DNA of 63,533 nucleotides, filler included, from Reticulomyxa filosa (lineage: Eukaryota > Protista > Foraminifera), in NCBI GenBank assembly GCA_000512085.1. It is 21 parts of 21 records of this genome, joined end to end, with 100 filler letters (N's around TTAATTAATTAA, not from the genome) between each part and the next. Parts side by side here need not be neighbours in the genome. Positions count along the whole stretch, not along the records: positions 24,084 to 28,225 come from ASPP01005541.1; positions 28,326 to 42,133 come from ASPP01018954.1; 19 more parts are not named here. One strand, given 5' to 3'. Positions 28,187-40,770 of this stretch are shown here, one piece after another. A model generated the notes under the pieces. It saw only the letters and a program-made list of their open reading frames with translations, made no database searches and had not been told where the DNA came from. The translations under genes and the position numbers were made by a program. Each line of letters begins with the position of its first letter. The first letter of the stretch is position 1.

Positions 28187-28188
<2 letters not shown>
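26076..28188 (-). CDS. CEP70: Centrosomal protein of 70 kDa-like (5' truncated, at least 4 exons)
   Basis: Coiled-coil exons, then after intron 26709-26631 ILKHFQHIFNVKSIEGVLPTMNQIY...ILG and EYELIFPKIDSLIDQIRKILGIEHAHQILPKLKEL. These match the CEP70 C-terminal region as recalled (HFQxLFxV..GVxPxMNxxY; FPxxxxxxxxLxxIL...IxPxxKxL). Confidence 0.75.
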
Positions 28189-28225
<37 letters not shown>

Positions 28226-28861
28226 NNNNNNNNNNNNNNNNNNNNNNNNNNNNNNNNNNNNNNNNNNNNTTAATTAATTAANNNNNNNNNNNNNNNNNNN
28301 NNNNNNNNNNNNNNNNNNNNNNNNNAAGTGTAATGAACCATAAAAAGAAAATCTGAATCTGACAGATCAGAGAAGATTCATCATGTCACAAAGTTGAAGA
28401 AATAATAGATTAGTTTAAAGAAAATAATAAAACTGATAAATTCTCCTTCTAATTCACTAGAACAGATGAAATAGTTTTAATTATTTCTTATTGAAAATGC
28501 AATCCACAATAAATACAACTCTGATACTTACAATTTCACGCTTGCGATATTTATTACAGAACTTGTAGAAAACGTTGTCTATGAATTTATTATATCAAGT
28601 GACAATATGTGATTCCTATAAATGAACTAGCAGATCCAGTGTCAAATAAAGCATTCTAAGCAGAATTTGATCAGAGTGAATTGTTCATTATTACATACAA
28701 ATATGCTCAATTCCTGAATTTCCATATTATTTTTCACTGAATAATGGAATCGACATTGTATAAATAAATGAAATTAAACAACATAAATATCAATAACGAT
28801 ATTTATACAATCTGATTGAAGCGCAATCATTTGAAAATGTTGCTTTTTGTTACATCTTCAC

Positions 28862-30083
28862 TTAAGGGAATTTTCTTTGTAAAATCGATAAACCAGTTTC
28901 ATTGTATTCTAATGCAGATATTAACATGTTCTCAAAGGTACTCAAAGAAGACAATATACTCCCTCCGTTCCAAGCTGAGTATTTACGTTCAGGAGGTGCG
29001 ATTATTTTGACTGTCTTGTTAGCTGGAGCTAAGACTCGAATTTCTTTTTCCATTCTCTCTGCAATGCCATTGAATAAAGTGTTTCCTCCACTTATGACAA
29101 TGCCATTGTATAAGTTGTCTTTTCTGAAATCAATGCTACATTTCATAATACATTGATTAATTAATGTATGAATACCGTCTTGATCTAATCCAATGAAGTT
29201 TGGTTTAAATAAAACTTCTGCACATTGGAATCGTTCAGCACCAACAGTGATTGCATGACCATCAGGTAATGTATAGCTTTGCTCTAATTTACTTGATGCT
29301 TCAGTTGTTTTCATTTCTTCACTATAATCCAATGCAACATAAGATAATTTTTCTTTAATATCTCGTACAACTTCGTTTTCATAATATTGTTTTTCTACTT
29401 TGGCAAACGAATAACCTCGTTCAGCCAATTTTGTAAGTATGCCGTCAAATCACGTCCACCCACGTCAATTTTGAGGACAGCATAAGGTAGACAATATCCC
29501 TCATAAATCGGTACAATGCGGGTCACCACTTTCACAAACAATACCACTAGTTTTTCCATTTACGTACAATGACAATATTGCTTGAACGGCTATGTAAACA
29601 TTGGGTATGTTGAATTTCTCAAACATAATTTCGATCATTTTTTCTCGATTTTCTTTTGGATTCAACGGTATCTCTGTTAGTAACACGTTATACTCTTCTG
29701 GGGCAATGCATAGCACACTACAAAACAAGCCAACCGCATACAATATATTTTATATACTTTTTTTTTACGTATCCTATTTTCAAGTTGAACTTGCGAAAGG
29801 TGTGATGCCAAAGTTTTTCCATATCATCCCAATTGGTTACAACTCCACGTTCTATTGGATACTGTAATTGCAAAATTTCTCTTTTAGTTACAGCTTCATC
29901 ACTTACATAGACATCTTTCACGTTTGCTTCTTGTTGTTTTGGTCGTCCAACAACTGAAGGAAAAACGGCTTCAGGAACGTCCTTTCCGGCAAATCCTGCT
30001 TTTATCGTTCCACTGCCATTGTCAATTACACAGGTTGTTGGCTTATCTTCTTCAACTTCTTTTGAATCACTATTTTGTGACAT
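28862..30083 (-). pseudogene. ACT: Divergent actin paralogue with one intron (29790-29718) and two frameshifting deletions
   Basis: [100 protein letters not shown]. The segment ~29430-29520 is out of frame with both flanks. Confidence 0.9.
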
Positions 30084-30431
30084 TTTCTTTCTCTTGGCAC
30101 TTTTTTAAATAAGATCGGAACTTCTTAGACTCTAAGACCAATAAAAATGATAACAGGTTTTTTCTTTCACTTCGCTGTAAATTTGCTAAAATTCACACAC
30201 CTCTTGTAAATTATTACTTGTTGTACTATTTTAATTTGAGTCAGTCACGCAAGAAACCTTGGTGCGTTTATTGATCTGTATTTGTCTGCAATTAGGAAGA
30301 AATTGCATCTAGCAAAAAGAGAATTAAGCTATGTATGCAAAAATCAGTCTTTTGCAAAATGCAAGTTTTACTAAAAAAGGGCTTGAATGAGAGAAGTTAG
30401 ATCAGATGAAACAAGTAAATGTTTAAAAAAG

Positions 30432-31551
30432 TTATATTTCTTTGCACTCTTGTTCATCAGGTTGTTTTAAAATATTAACAACATTCTGAACAAAATGAAT
30501 AGTATTAAATTTAATATCAAATTGCATATCATACCACATATTGACAGCAATACATTTACCAAAGTTATCTTCTGTCTGTGTGACTTTGTGATACCACAAA
30601 CTCGGCAAGTAGAGCAAATCTCCAGGGTTAACGATAACTTGCATTCCTGGAATTTGATCGGTTTTGAAGTCGTCAATCCACTCTACAAACTGTGCGGGAC
30701 GCTGTGGTTCAACACTCCATTCTTTAGAAACGGAGTCCAAATGGTACTTTGCCATTTGATATTTTCGCTTGTGTTTAAAAATGTCAACATTAGTTGGAGG
30801 GTACAATTCAAACGTTTTCTGTCCACTAATTACACAATACAAATTTTCGTAATTGTCACTGTGTATCGTGGTCACGGATCGATGTGATCCCATCCAAAAA
30901 TTCACCGCGTCGATCTCTGTTCCAAATGCATCCGATGCCCATTCCATGCTTGTGTCAATGTCTTCCAATAGACACTCATACTCCTTTCGCATGCAATCGT
31001 TTTGCAACTGACAATATAACACCTATTCTTTTTTAAAAAAAAGATACTCTTTTTTTTTTCTCATTTTTTACAAAAAATAAATATTATATATGTATATACA
31101 GTTGACGGACTTCGTCACAATATATACAATGCTCGGATTTCTCTTTTTTGTTCGCACATGCATCAGCATCATGATTAAGTAGCTCATTGAAATAGTCGAG
31201 GAGCTCCAAGAAACTTGCTTTTTTCTCCATTGGCAATACAAAATAGGTCTTTTTGTCATCAATCGCATCCGCACGGCCATTTGGAGTCACTGATACTGTC
31301 ACGGACTTACCGTCCATTTTCTTTCGCAAATATTCTGGATTTTGCCATTTTGCAAGTGCTGCCCAATGCTCATATGCGTGTTTGATTAACACGGGTTTGT
31401 TTTTTGATACATAATCTCTTAAGAATGCTAGCGCCGTGGGAGGATGAGACAAAATTGTAATTTCTTTGTCCAAGTACAAGTCTTTAGCGTCTTGTTGAAG
31501 CTCCTCCAAACAAGAGGTAATTTTTTCTACAATTGTCTGTTCAATATTCAT
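30432..31551 (-). CDS. JMJD7: JmjC (cupin-8) 2-oxoglutarate/Fe oxygenase JMJD7, 2 exons (intron 31110-31023)
   Basis: PTALAFLRDYVSKNKPVLI, VSVTPNGRADA, YCQLQND, DAVNFWMG, IHSDNYENLYCV (HxD) and LYLPSLWYHKV (distal His). Confidence 0.92.
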
Positions 31552-31877
31552 TTCTCTCAATCTTGGGAAAACAAATATTTCAAAAAAATATTGAACGTGT
31601 TGTGTTTGTGCTGCCCTAGAGCGCAAGTATTATTTTCACGGTATCTGAAAATTTTCTGCCTGAGAAAATAACACTATTAAAAAGGACATAAATGAGAAGT
31701 CAAAAACACAGAATGAAGCCAATTCCCAAAAAACACTGCCTTGTAGAAAGTAACAACATCTCGCTTGCCCTTCTTTTCCAAAGCATAAAATCTAAATTAA
31801 GACAAAAATTGGAAGTTGTAAAAGCAAAACAGGATTAGGTTATAATTTAAAAAAAAAATTTCATTGATCATCAAGAT

Positions 31878-34800
31878 ATGACTGACTTTGACGATTCGAT
31901 TCATGATTGGAAACCAGGCTTTGATCCATATGTAGTTTTAAACGTACCGCGTGATTGTACCCGGGAACAAGTGTTGGAGTCGTATAAAAAACTGAGCCGT
32001 ACCTTTCATCCAGATAAGCAGACCAATGCAAGTTATCGTGACGTATACAATGCATTTGAAGAGCAACAAAACGACACAGCTCAAATGGACTCCCCAAAGG
32101 CGGTACAAGAGCGTGTACCGTCAGCGACAACAAGTGACGAATTTATCAAAATAACCAAGGCCAAAGACATACTACTCGATGACCATTTGCGAAAAGCGTA
32201 CGACAAATTCGGTATGCTTGGAGTAGACAAGTTATCCCGTACTGATGAAAATCATGCGGAAGTGAGATCATGGATCATTGGAAAAAAATACAGAGACGAC
32301 AAGGTTGTGTCAGATCTGTTGACCTATTACTTAAATCGAGAGTTAAATATTTTTGTTTGATCGAATAAGAAAAAGGGGTGCACTAAAAACGTTTTTGAAA
32401 TTTCTGTAAATTTCTGTGAGAGTTGTAATAAGACTTTGGAGGGAACGGAATAAAAAATTGATGTAGCACATAACTAATCCCACGATCTCATATATATATA
32501 CATATATATGAATGTAAGTATTTAAAAATGAATAAACAAATGTATTCTGTTTTGTTTTTGATTTGAACGACGAATGAAACGTGTAGAAGCTCGATCGAGT
32601 TGGATCAACTGGTAGGAGCACACGGCTACATAGAGATTGGTTGTGACAGTACGTTGTTGTTTGACGAGATCGTCGATACGCTGTTTCGAAGACAGTCTCT
32701 GCCGCAGTTTTTTTCCCATCTGTGGCACGGCATACCTGTCGTGATGTTGCGTATGCCAAGTGATGGTCGATTTAATGAATTGAGCAATTTGAGCAACGAT
32801 AAGAATGATGAGGATGATGAAGATGATGAAGATGATGAGGATGACAGTGATGTTGAAATTGAGATACTCGACGACAATGACGAAGACAAAAATGAGACCG
32901 ACAGTGAATTGAATAATCTCTTTTTATTTGCAAAGACGAGTCGGAATCGCGTGCCATCCACAGGCGTGAACAAGTCTCGAGTGCAAATGGTCAAGTCATT
33001 GATGGAAGAGCAGGTCCACACGTTGCAAAATGCATTGCAAACAGGGAATATGAAAGTCTTAGGTAACATACCCATTGAAAGACAGTCCGTCGCTCCGAAG
33101 CTTCGTTCTTTTTGTGTTCAACTGCAGCACTCCTATGATTGGAACACTACCAATTCCTTCGTTTTGTCCGCGAGTAATTATCTCAATATGCAACCCAATG
33201 GTTAATTTAAAAAAAAAAAAAAAAAAGGGAGCAATTTATAAAAAAAGTTCTGTGTTGAATGTATTAGCACTTTGGGGACAATTGGTTGGCGAGTGGCACC
33301 ATCAGTACAACGCGAAAACTCGAATGGTGTCGCAACTGCGAACGGGATCGGGTGATGTCGGTTGCAAGTTTGGCTTGCATCGCGAATTAGATCCCAAAAC
33401 GTCGGTGGATTTGGGAATAAACTTCAATTTCAAAGACATATTCTGGAAACGCTTTTGGAACGGCCTTTATCCAAACAAACAAAAAGAGACTGCCGCTCAA
33501 GTGTTTGATGAACTGTCCTCAAAGGGAACAGGAAAGCACAAAAACAATGGCCATTATCTCCAATTCCTTTCCGAAACAAAAACAGTTCTTTTTTATGGAG
33601 TTCAAGCTTTATGGGATTTCTTGACTCTGTTTTTATCGCAAACGACAAAAGAGGCCAACACTATCGATTCGTCCAAACGCACATTGTGGTCCTTTTATCC
33701 CGGATTTGATTTGTCATTTGCCATTCGAAGACGACTCTTCCGAAAATGGATGGTTTCTAAACATATGTTTTATACTTATCTCTTTCATTTGTCCATTTAC
33801 ATAAGCTTATTCTTTTAAGTCCAATCGATTCAGTTTTTTTTATTGCTTTAAAAAAAGGGAGAGACCAGCTTGGTGTTGGGACGATCTCCCGTCATTAGCT
33901 TTTCATTGCAGAACTCACACTCGACGGATCAACATTGGAAATGTGGGTTTCAAATTGGAAGCACCAACTTGAGCATTCGAGTCAAACATGTCCGTAAATT
34001 TGCCAAGAGAATGCGTTGGTACATTGGCATTTCATTGGATTTTGTCCATATCTTTAAAATTGATGTTACTTTTTTTTTATGTGCATACGCAAGAGGATAT
34101 ATTATTTGCTTTGTGCTTATCATTGAAATACACATATTCATATATACAGACGGGATTATCTCGTACATTAATTGATGATCAATTGGAAGAGATATTGCAA
34201 CACAAACAAAGTGAAGGATCGTCCATTGACGTGCGAGCGTCGCTTGGAGTGTCATATAGTGTGACACAAGGCTTACATTTGGACGTAAAAGCTGCTCGAG
34301 GGCCTTCTCAATTGAATGCTCCAATCTCACTGTCTGCAAATCCCACTTGGAAGCATATGGTCGTTGCTGCTTCTATGCCTATTTTGTTGAGCTTTTTTTG
34401 TTCCATTTTGTGTTCTTTCATCCCTTTTCAAGTTCTCGGAGCCAAGAGGAACTGGTAAAGAACTTTCCTGGAACAATACAATATTTTTTCTTTTTTGTGA
34501 TGTATGGATTTTACACGTAGGACGTATTTAGCGTACAAATATTGGTATCGACCATATGCATACAAGCAATATGAGATCAAAGTGAAAGAACAGTTGAATA
34601 GACGAGGACAGTTGATATTAGAAGCTCGAAAGAAGGCAATAGAGCAACAAACGGCGTTGCAACATGACAGTGCGAAAATAAGAAATATAGAAACGCGTCG
34701 CAATGGCTTGATCATCATTGCAGCATTTTATGGTGTGAATGTTGAAAAGAAGTGCATTCAATCGCTACGACGAGAAATGGGAATGGTTGCGGAAACAAAA

Positions 34801-35298
34801 GAAGAAGAAGCAGAAATAATCGATCAAGAGGAAGAAAAACAGCACATATTCGAAGATGAGCCAACAAACGAAGGACCACAATTTGCAACGAATGAACATC
34901 GTGCTAAATTGAAACCAACAAAAGTAGATTTGAATGATATCAAAGATATCGTACAGAGTCTAACTACCAACAAGAAATGGATTAGAGATCCATGCGATGA
35001 TGTGGAAGAAGACATGTATTTGCCACAATGGATCGAAGTCACTGACGTCTTGCAATACACGGTATCCTACTCTTCAGATGATCCAAGGGAGAGTACACTC
35101 GTACTAGCCGTTGGAAGCAAGGTTTACCTTCCAGGCTTTTATGATTGTGCTCCGGATGAATTTGGTAACAAACAATTGTTCGTCATTTACTCATACAAAG
35201 GAAAACTTTTTAATGTCTCTATTTACGACCAGTTCCGATTGGAACTCCCTGACGAATCACATAGAACTTGGATTGATTGTTCTAATACTGAACATTGA
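31878..35298 (+). CDS. DNAJC11: DnaJ homolog subfamily C member 11-like, multi-exon
   Basis: N-terminal J domain (DPYVVLNV...YKKLSRTFHPDK...LRKAYDKFG), beta-rich middle and a DUF3395-like C-terminus (GLIIIAAFYG, IEVTDVLQ, SKVYLPGFYDC, KQLFVIYSYKG). First intron 32342-32586. Confidence 0.88.
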
Positions 35299-35799
35299 TT
35301 ATCCATTTCATTTTTTTTTATGTTCATTCCCCTTTGTTTCATATGACAACGAAGCGACTTCGCGCTAATTTTGTGAGGTGTGTTCAAGCAGCAAAAAACA
35401 AGCACTCTTTGAGAATTTCTGTGCCTTTGCGAGATGTTTCTATCTCTGCATGAAAAATCTCAAACGCGTGAAATTTTTTCCTCTTCATTTACTTACACTT
35501 TGAATCTAAACAAACTTTGATTTGTTTCATTTTATTGTAATAAAAACGGTAAGGATATAGTGTTGCAGGATCTGCCAATCATCACCAAAAATTGCATGTT
35601 AAAATTTTTCTCTCAACAGAATTACAAATTCCATACAAGGGAAAACAACATAAAAAATAAAAGGGGTTTACTTCACTTCTGTTTTTCAGCACAAACCATA
35701 GCCGTCAAGAACAAGATCAAAAAAAGGATAGAAAACAATATTTTTGCTTTCACCAAACAGAAGAGTGGTGACAAAAAATGCAAATTCTTGCTTTGTTAT

Positions 35800-37166
35800 T
35801 CATTGTTTGCTGTCTGGCTTTTTTTCTTCGAGTTGCTCTGATGATCAAATCACATACATAAAGTCAATCAAAACAACAAAGGGACAAAAGAGGCATGTAG
35901 ACATGTTTGTATATATGCATGTACGAAAGAAGAAACAAAACTAAGTCTTTGAGCGAGAACAGATTCTCCAGTATACTTCTTGAGAACATTAAAATGACTT
36001 AAGAACCAACACAGATATTTGGGTTTGAAGTCTCCAGTGACTGTGTCAATGGCACTATGCAAAAACGAGTAAGTGTAGTCTTTGATATCAATATTGAGGT
36101 CCGATTTGACCTTGCTTTCGATGAATTGTTCAAATTTTGTGATGACCTGTTGATACGGCAATTTTTTTTCCTTGATCACTGTGTTAACATATTTCACGAC
36201 ATTTGATACTGTGTAAAACTCCCCAAAATATTTCTTTTCGGCTGTATTTCTCCAATCGTTTGGCAAATCCCACTCACCTTGGTTAGGGTCAACCTGTTCA
36301 TAAATGCCAATTTTTTTGCATAATGAATTGGATACCATCACAATTGAATGAATATTGTTGGTCGCATTAAACGTCTTATACAAGTGCTCCACCAACAAGT
36401 ATCGATAGTCTCGCAAAACACGATATAATGCGACCTCTATGCCATGTTTCTCCACCAACTCCTATTCAATCACACAAAAAAAAAATAAATTGTGTATACG
36501 TAATCTTTTTCCCAAGGAGAAAATAAATAAAATAACATGCATCGAATCAGTCATTAGTGAAAAGGCAGAATTAATAGCCACTTCCTTTTGAACATTGCAC
36601 ACGTTGCCATGGGCAGCCAACAAAAGTAAGATTTGTGTAGGATGGTAGATTTCTTGCTTTTCGTCGGTAACGAGTAGTTTGGTCACGACACGCAGACGAT
36701 GCTTTGCACTTTTACTTGCACTTGTATTTGACTCTGCGTAACTCACAACTGAGGATAGTTTGCTGCGTGCATCATCTTTTCCATAAAATACGGTTCCAGA
36801 ATCTCCATATCCTGCCCATATGTCAAAGTCCTCCTTCTTCAAGTCCAATTTATCAAAAATGTTTAATAACTTCTCACTCGAGTACTCATCACTTACGTCC
36901 ACAAAGTCTTCTAGCTCTTGTACTTTTATATCTAAATGCTCACAATTTATCTCCCATTCACTTTTCTCGATTTCACTAAAATCATATTTTTCTTCTTTTG
37001 TTTCTGCCGTTTCCTCTTTTATTTCTACCGTTTCCTCTTTTACTTCTGTCGTTTTCTCTTTTACTTCTACTATTTTCTCGTTTATTTCTACTATTTTCTC
37101 GTTTACTTCTACTGTTTTTTCTTTTACTTCTGCTGCTCCTTTACTTTCTATTATTTGTTCAGACAT
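35800..37166 (-). CDS. Hypothetical protein with N-terminal 7-aa repeats and a helical domain carrying HGNVCNVQKE; 3 exons
   Basis: ATG at 37166 and phase-0 intron 36536-36462 join two long ORFs. A probable last intron leads to KQLEEKKPDSKQ-TGA. Confidence 0.75.
36990..37135 (-). repeat. 21-nt coding tandem repeat (about 6-7 units)
   Basis: Encodes EVKEKTV/EVNEKIV/EINEKIV/EVKEKTT/EVKEETV/EIKEETA/ETKEEKY. Confidence 0.85.
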
Positions 37167-37800
37167 CTTTTGCAAGAAAGTCGGCTTTGTGGTTGTATTA
37201 TTTTTTTTAATGGAGGGATACTGCAGCGAAATTTCTGCGTTTTTATATTAAAGGTCGAAAAAATTTATATTGCAAAGCATAAAATAGTTATTTTGCTTTT
37301 GCCTACCTTTGTTTTTATTAGTAGTCCATACAGACAATGGGTCATATTGGATCGCAAAACTCCTGTTATTTGATTTTTCTTTATATTTCAACTTGCTCTT
37401 TTCCTACTTGTGTTATTAATTGCTGATCAATATGCTTATTTTGCATATGAACTATGAATAAAAGTTTTATTGTATCTTTACATATATTTTCCTAATGGCT
37501 ACATCTCGATTCACTGTGATTGGCAGCAGTCCACTTTAAACAGTACTTCTTCGCTCTGTTTTTTTTCCTATGTCCTTTTCAAAACGAGATCGCAAACTGC
37601 TATGAAGATTAACGTAATTTTCTTGCGTTTAAAAAGATATTCTTCATTAATTTGAAAGAGATAAATTCTAATTAGCATGATATAATTTTTGCAAAATGAC
37701 AAACAGCAGACAGTTCTAGTTCTTTGCTGTAGCCTTGGACCCCCCTCTCAAGTTTGACTTGAAAATAATACATTTCGGGGAGGAAAAAATATTTTTCACC

Positions 37801-40345
37801 ATGAATTTTATCTTATTGTTGTTGACCTTGAATGTTGGAACAATACTAGGAAGTGCTCCTCACAAATATAAAATTGGCGAGAATGTAAGCCCTTAACCCA
37901 GGACGTTGTGACAACATATGTGAAATATGTTTTGTGTGTAGGTACCAGTTTCAGTAAATACTGTTGGTCCATATCGAAATCCAAACGAAAAATACGAGTT
38001 TTATTCCAAAGTTCCATTTTGCAAACCAAAGGTAAAATTACTCTATTTTTTTTCCCTTCCCCCTTGTATTGTTACAGTACTGCGATTTGCCGTTCTTATC
38101 AACATGGATCATTCTTTAAAGGATTTTGTGTAAAACACTTTTTCCGAATATGGAATAGAACTCTGCCGTACAAAAAGATGGATCCGTAATGGTAGGAGAT
38201 AGACCAAAGAGTTCGGATTACTTGCTGCCATTTCGAGGTTATTGCATCAAATTGTTACCATCATATTTGTGATCCTTTTGTGTGAGTGTGTTGGTTGCTG
38301 TCACTAAACTCGCACTTTTTCCAAATAGAAAATATCCATGAACCGAAGACGGTGTGCGAAATGACGTTGGACAAGCGTGCCATTCATCAATATCTGGGGG
38401 CTATTCATCAAAATTATATGTTTGAATATTTTGTTGGTTTGTAACAAACCATTTCCTTTTTAATTACTTTTTATTTGTTTCAAAAGAGACAATGCCTATC
38501 TTTTTGTCATCCTCTTCTTTCATCTTTTTTTTTTTAAAAAAAAAGATCATGAACTATTGGTGACCGGCTTTTTGGGAAAAGAGGAAATGATAATTGAAAC
38601 ATATGAAGATCATAGCCATCAAGAAACAACATACTTTTTGTTTACTCATTGGAACTTTCATTGTGAATATCATGGACCCTATGTATGCTTTACGAACACA
38701 CTACCATTTATTTGTGTGTTTTTTTTTTGAGTGACCGAGATCAAAGATTGCTATTGTTATGATAACTGTCCTCAATTTATAGGTGATATCATGTCGCATT
38801 ACAACAGATTTAAACAAAAGAATCGATTTGGATCATGATAAAGATGTTTCGTTTTTTGTACATTCAAAAGAGGAGGGTCGCATATGACATATCCTCCCAA
38901 CTTAGAATGTCTTTTTGTTTTGAAATAACAGAATATTCATGTAACATTCACGTATACCGTGGATTGGGAGCAAACGGATGTTCATGTAAATGATCGATTG
39001 ACATATCACGTCCGAAAATTGATCCGTTCACAGCCTTTGGATGTCCATTGGCTTTCAATATTGAATTCATTTATATTAGTTATCTTAGTTACGGCATTTG
39101 TTGCATTAGTGTTTACACGAATTTTACGACAAGATTGTCTTCGTTATCATGCAAGTATTGCCCAGGATGATGTAGAAGATGTTGATGATCCTGGATGGAA
39201 AAGATTACAACGTGATGTATTCCGAACTCCAAATCGTATTATGTTATTTTCTGCTTGTGTTGGAACTGGTAATAATATATACATATACATATTTTTTTAT
39301 TTAAAAAGATTTATATAAAAACACATTTTTATTTAAAAATATTTAATTTTAATTTTAAGGTACACAATTGTTGGTATTAATGATTAGTTTATTAATATTA
39401 TCATTAATTGGATTATTTTATCCAGGTAATCGTGGAGCATTGGTTACGGCAGTCATATTTTGTTATTGCCTTACTGCAAGTATTGGTGGACACGTAAGTG
39501 GAACTTTATATATCCAAATGGGTGGTCAAAAATGGGCCACTAATGCCGTTTTAACCGCGTGCATATTTCCAATCCCATTCTTTGCAATATTTGTTGTCGT
39601 CAATAGTATTGCCTGGGCCTACAATTCTGCCATGGCATTGCCATTTTTGTATATTCTCGCCATTTTCGTTTTGTGGAGTGTTGTTACTTTTCCTTTAACT
39701 GTTTATGCTGCTCATCGCGTTAAAAACATCCCTGCTCAGCTCAATGTTCCAATTGCAGCCGTTAGCAAGGGTTAGTTTTTGTATGTGTGTCACTATTTCT
39801 CTCTCTCTCTGTTGCACCCTCGATTCAAAACAAAGTGCAATTGTGATCCACAAACTCATCAACATATTATAGTGGAACGACAAATCCCAGAATTGCCATG
39901 GTATCGTAACTCATGGCTGCAAATTGCATTGAGTGGAATCTTACCATTTACTGCCATCTACATCGAACTTCATTTTCTGTTCACAGCCATATTTGGACAT
40001 CAAGTGTACACATTGTTTGGGATCCTATGCTTGGCTTTTTCAATGTTATTAATAGTCACCGCTGCAGTAACTATTGGATTGACTTATTTTCAATTGCAAA
40101 GTGAGGATTGGAGATGGTGGTGGCGCTCATTTGCTACTGCTGGAAGTCCAGGTATTTATATTTTGGGATATGCTGTGTTTTATTATTACTATCGATCCTA
40201 TATGAACGGAGTTCTTCAAGCGGCATTCTTTTTTGGATATGTCGGAGCCGTATCTTACGCATTCTTCTTGATGTTGGGTGCCGTTGGCTGGTGGAGCACC
40301 TTTTTATTTTTGAAGCAAATTTATGGAGCAATCAAACCCGAATAA
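37801..40345 (+). CDS. TM9SF1: Transmembrane 9 superfamily protein (nonaspanin/EMP70), TM9SF1-like, multi-exon
   Basis: Signal peptide, HKYKIGEN/VPVSVNTVGPYRNPNEKY, VHWLSILNS, GWKRLQRDVFR, RQIP, GILPFTAIYIEL, EDWRWWWRSF, and C-terminal IYGAIKPE (KxE). Confidence 0.9.
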
Positions 40346-40770
40346 AAATTAGCGTTTTTATACCTTTTTTTCAAACAACGGAGAGGGAGAACAGGAGAAA
40401 GAAGCAACAGGGGGCACACACAGATTTTGATCAACAAGCACAGAAAAGTTTTGAATGTTTTGTGCGTTCCCTTATTTTGGGAAGAGGTTTTGGTGTTACT
40501 GGTTGGACCAACAACGCAAGGTCCCTGTTCAACGTACTTTTTTCATCACAATAAAATTACAAACTTTGTGAACAGCAAATTTGTGTCAATTACACTCCCA
40601 ACAATATTCTACAAATAGTCAAGTAACAAAATATTTAAATGTCAAAAAATAAATTCTACTTGATAAATTTCCAAATTGAATTAAAAGTAAACTATTTCAT
40701 GATTGCGCACGTTGCTTGAGGAAAAAAAGGAAAACTCTCCGAACATTTTTGAGAAGAAAGTGCAGACACC

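Noticed and set aside
36704-37373. Long antisense ORFs rich in F/L/S/Y (also 51671-53414 and 56254-57231)
   Set aside because: They are shadows of K/E/N/T-rich low-complexity coding sequence on the opposite strand.
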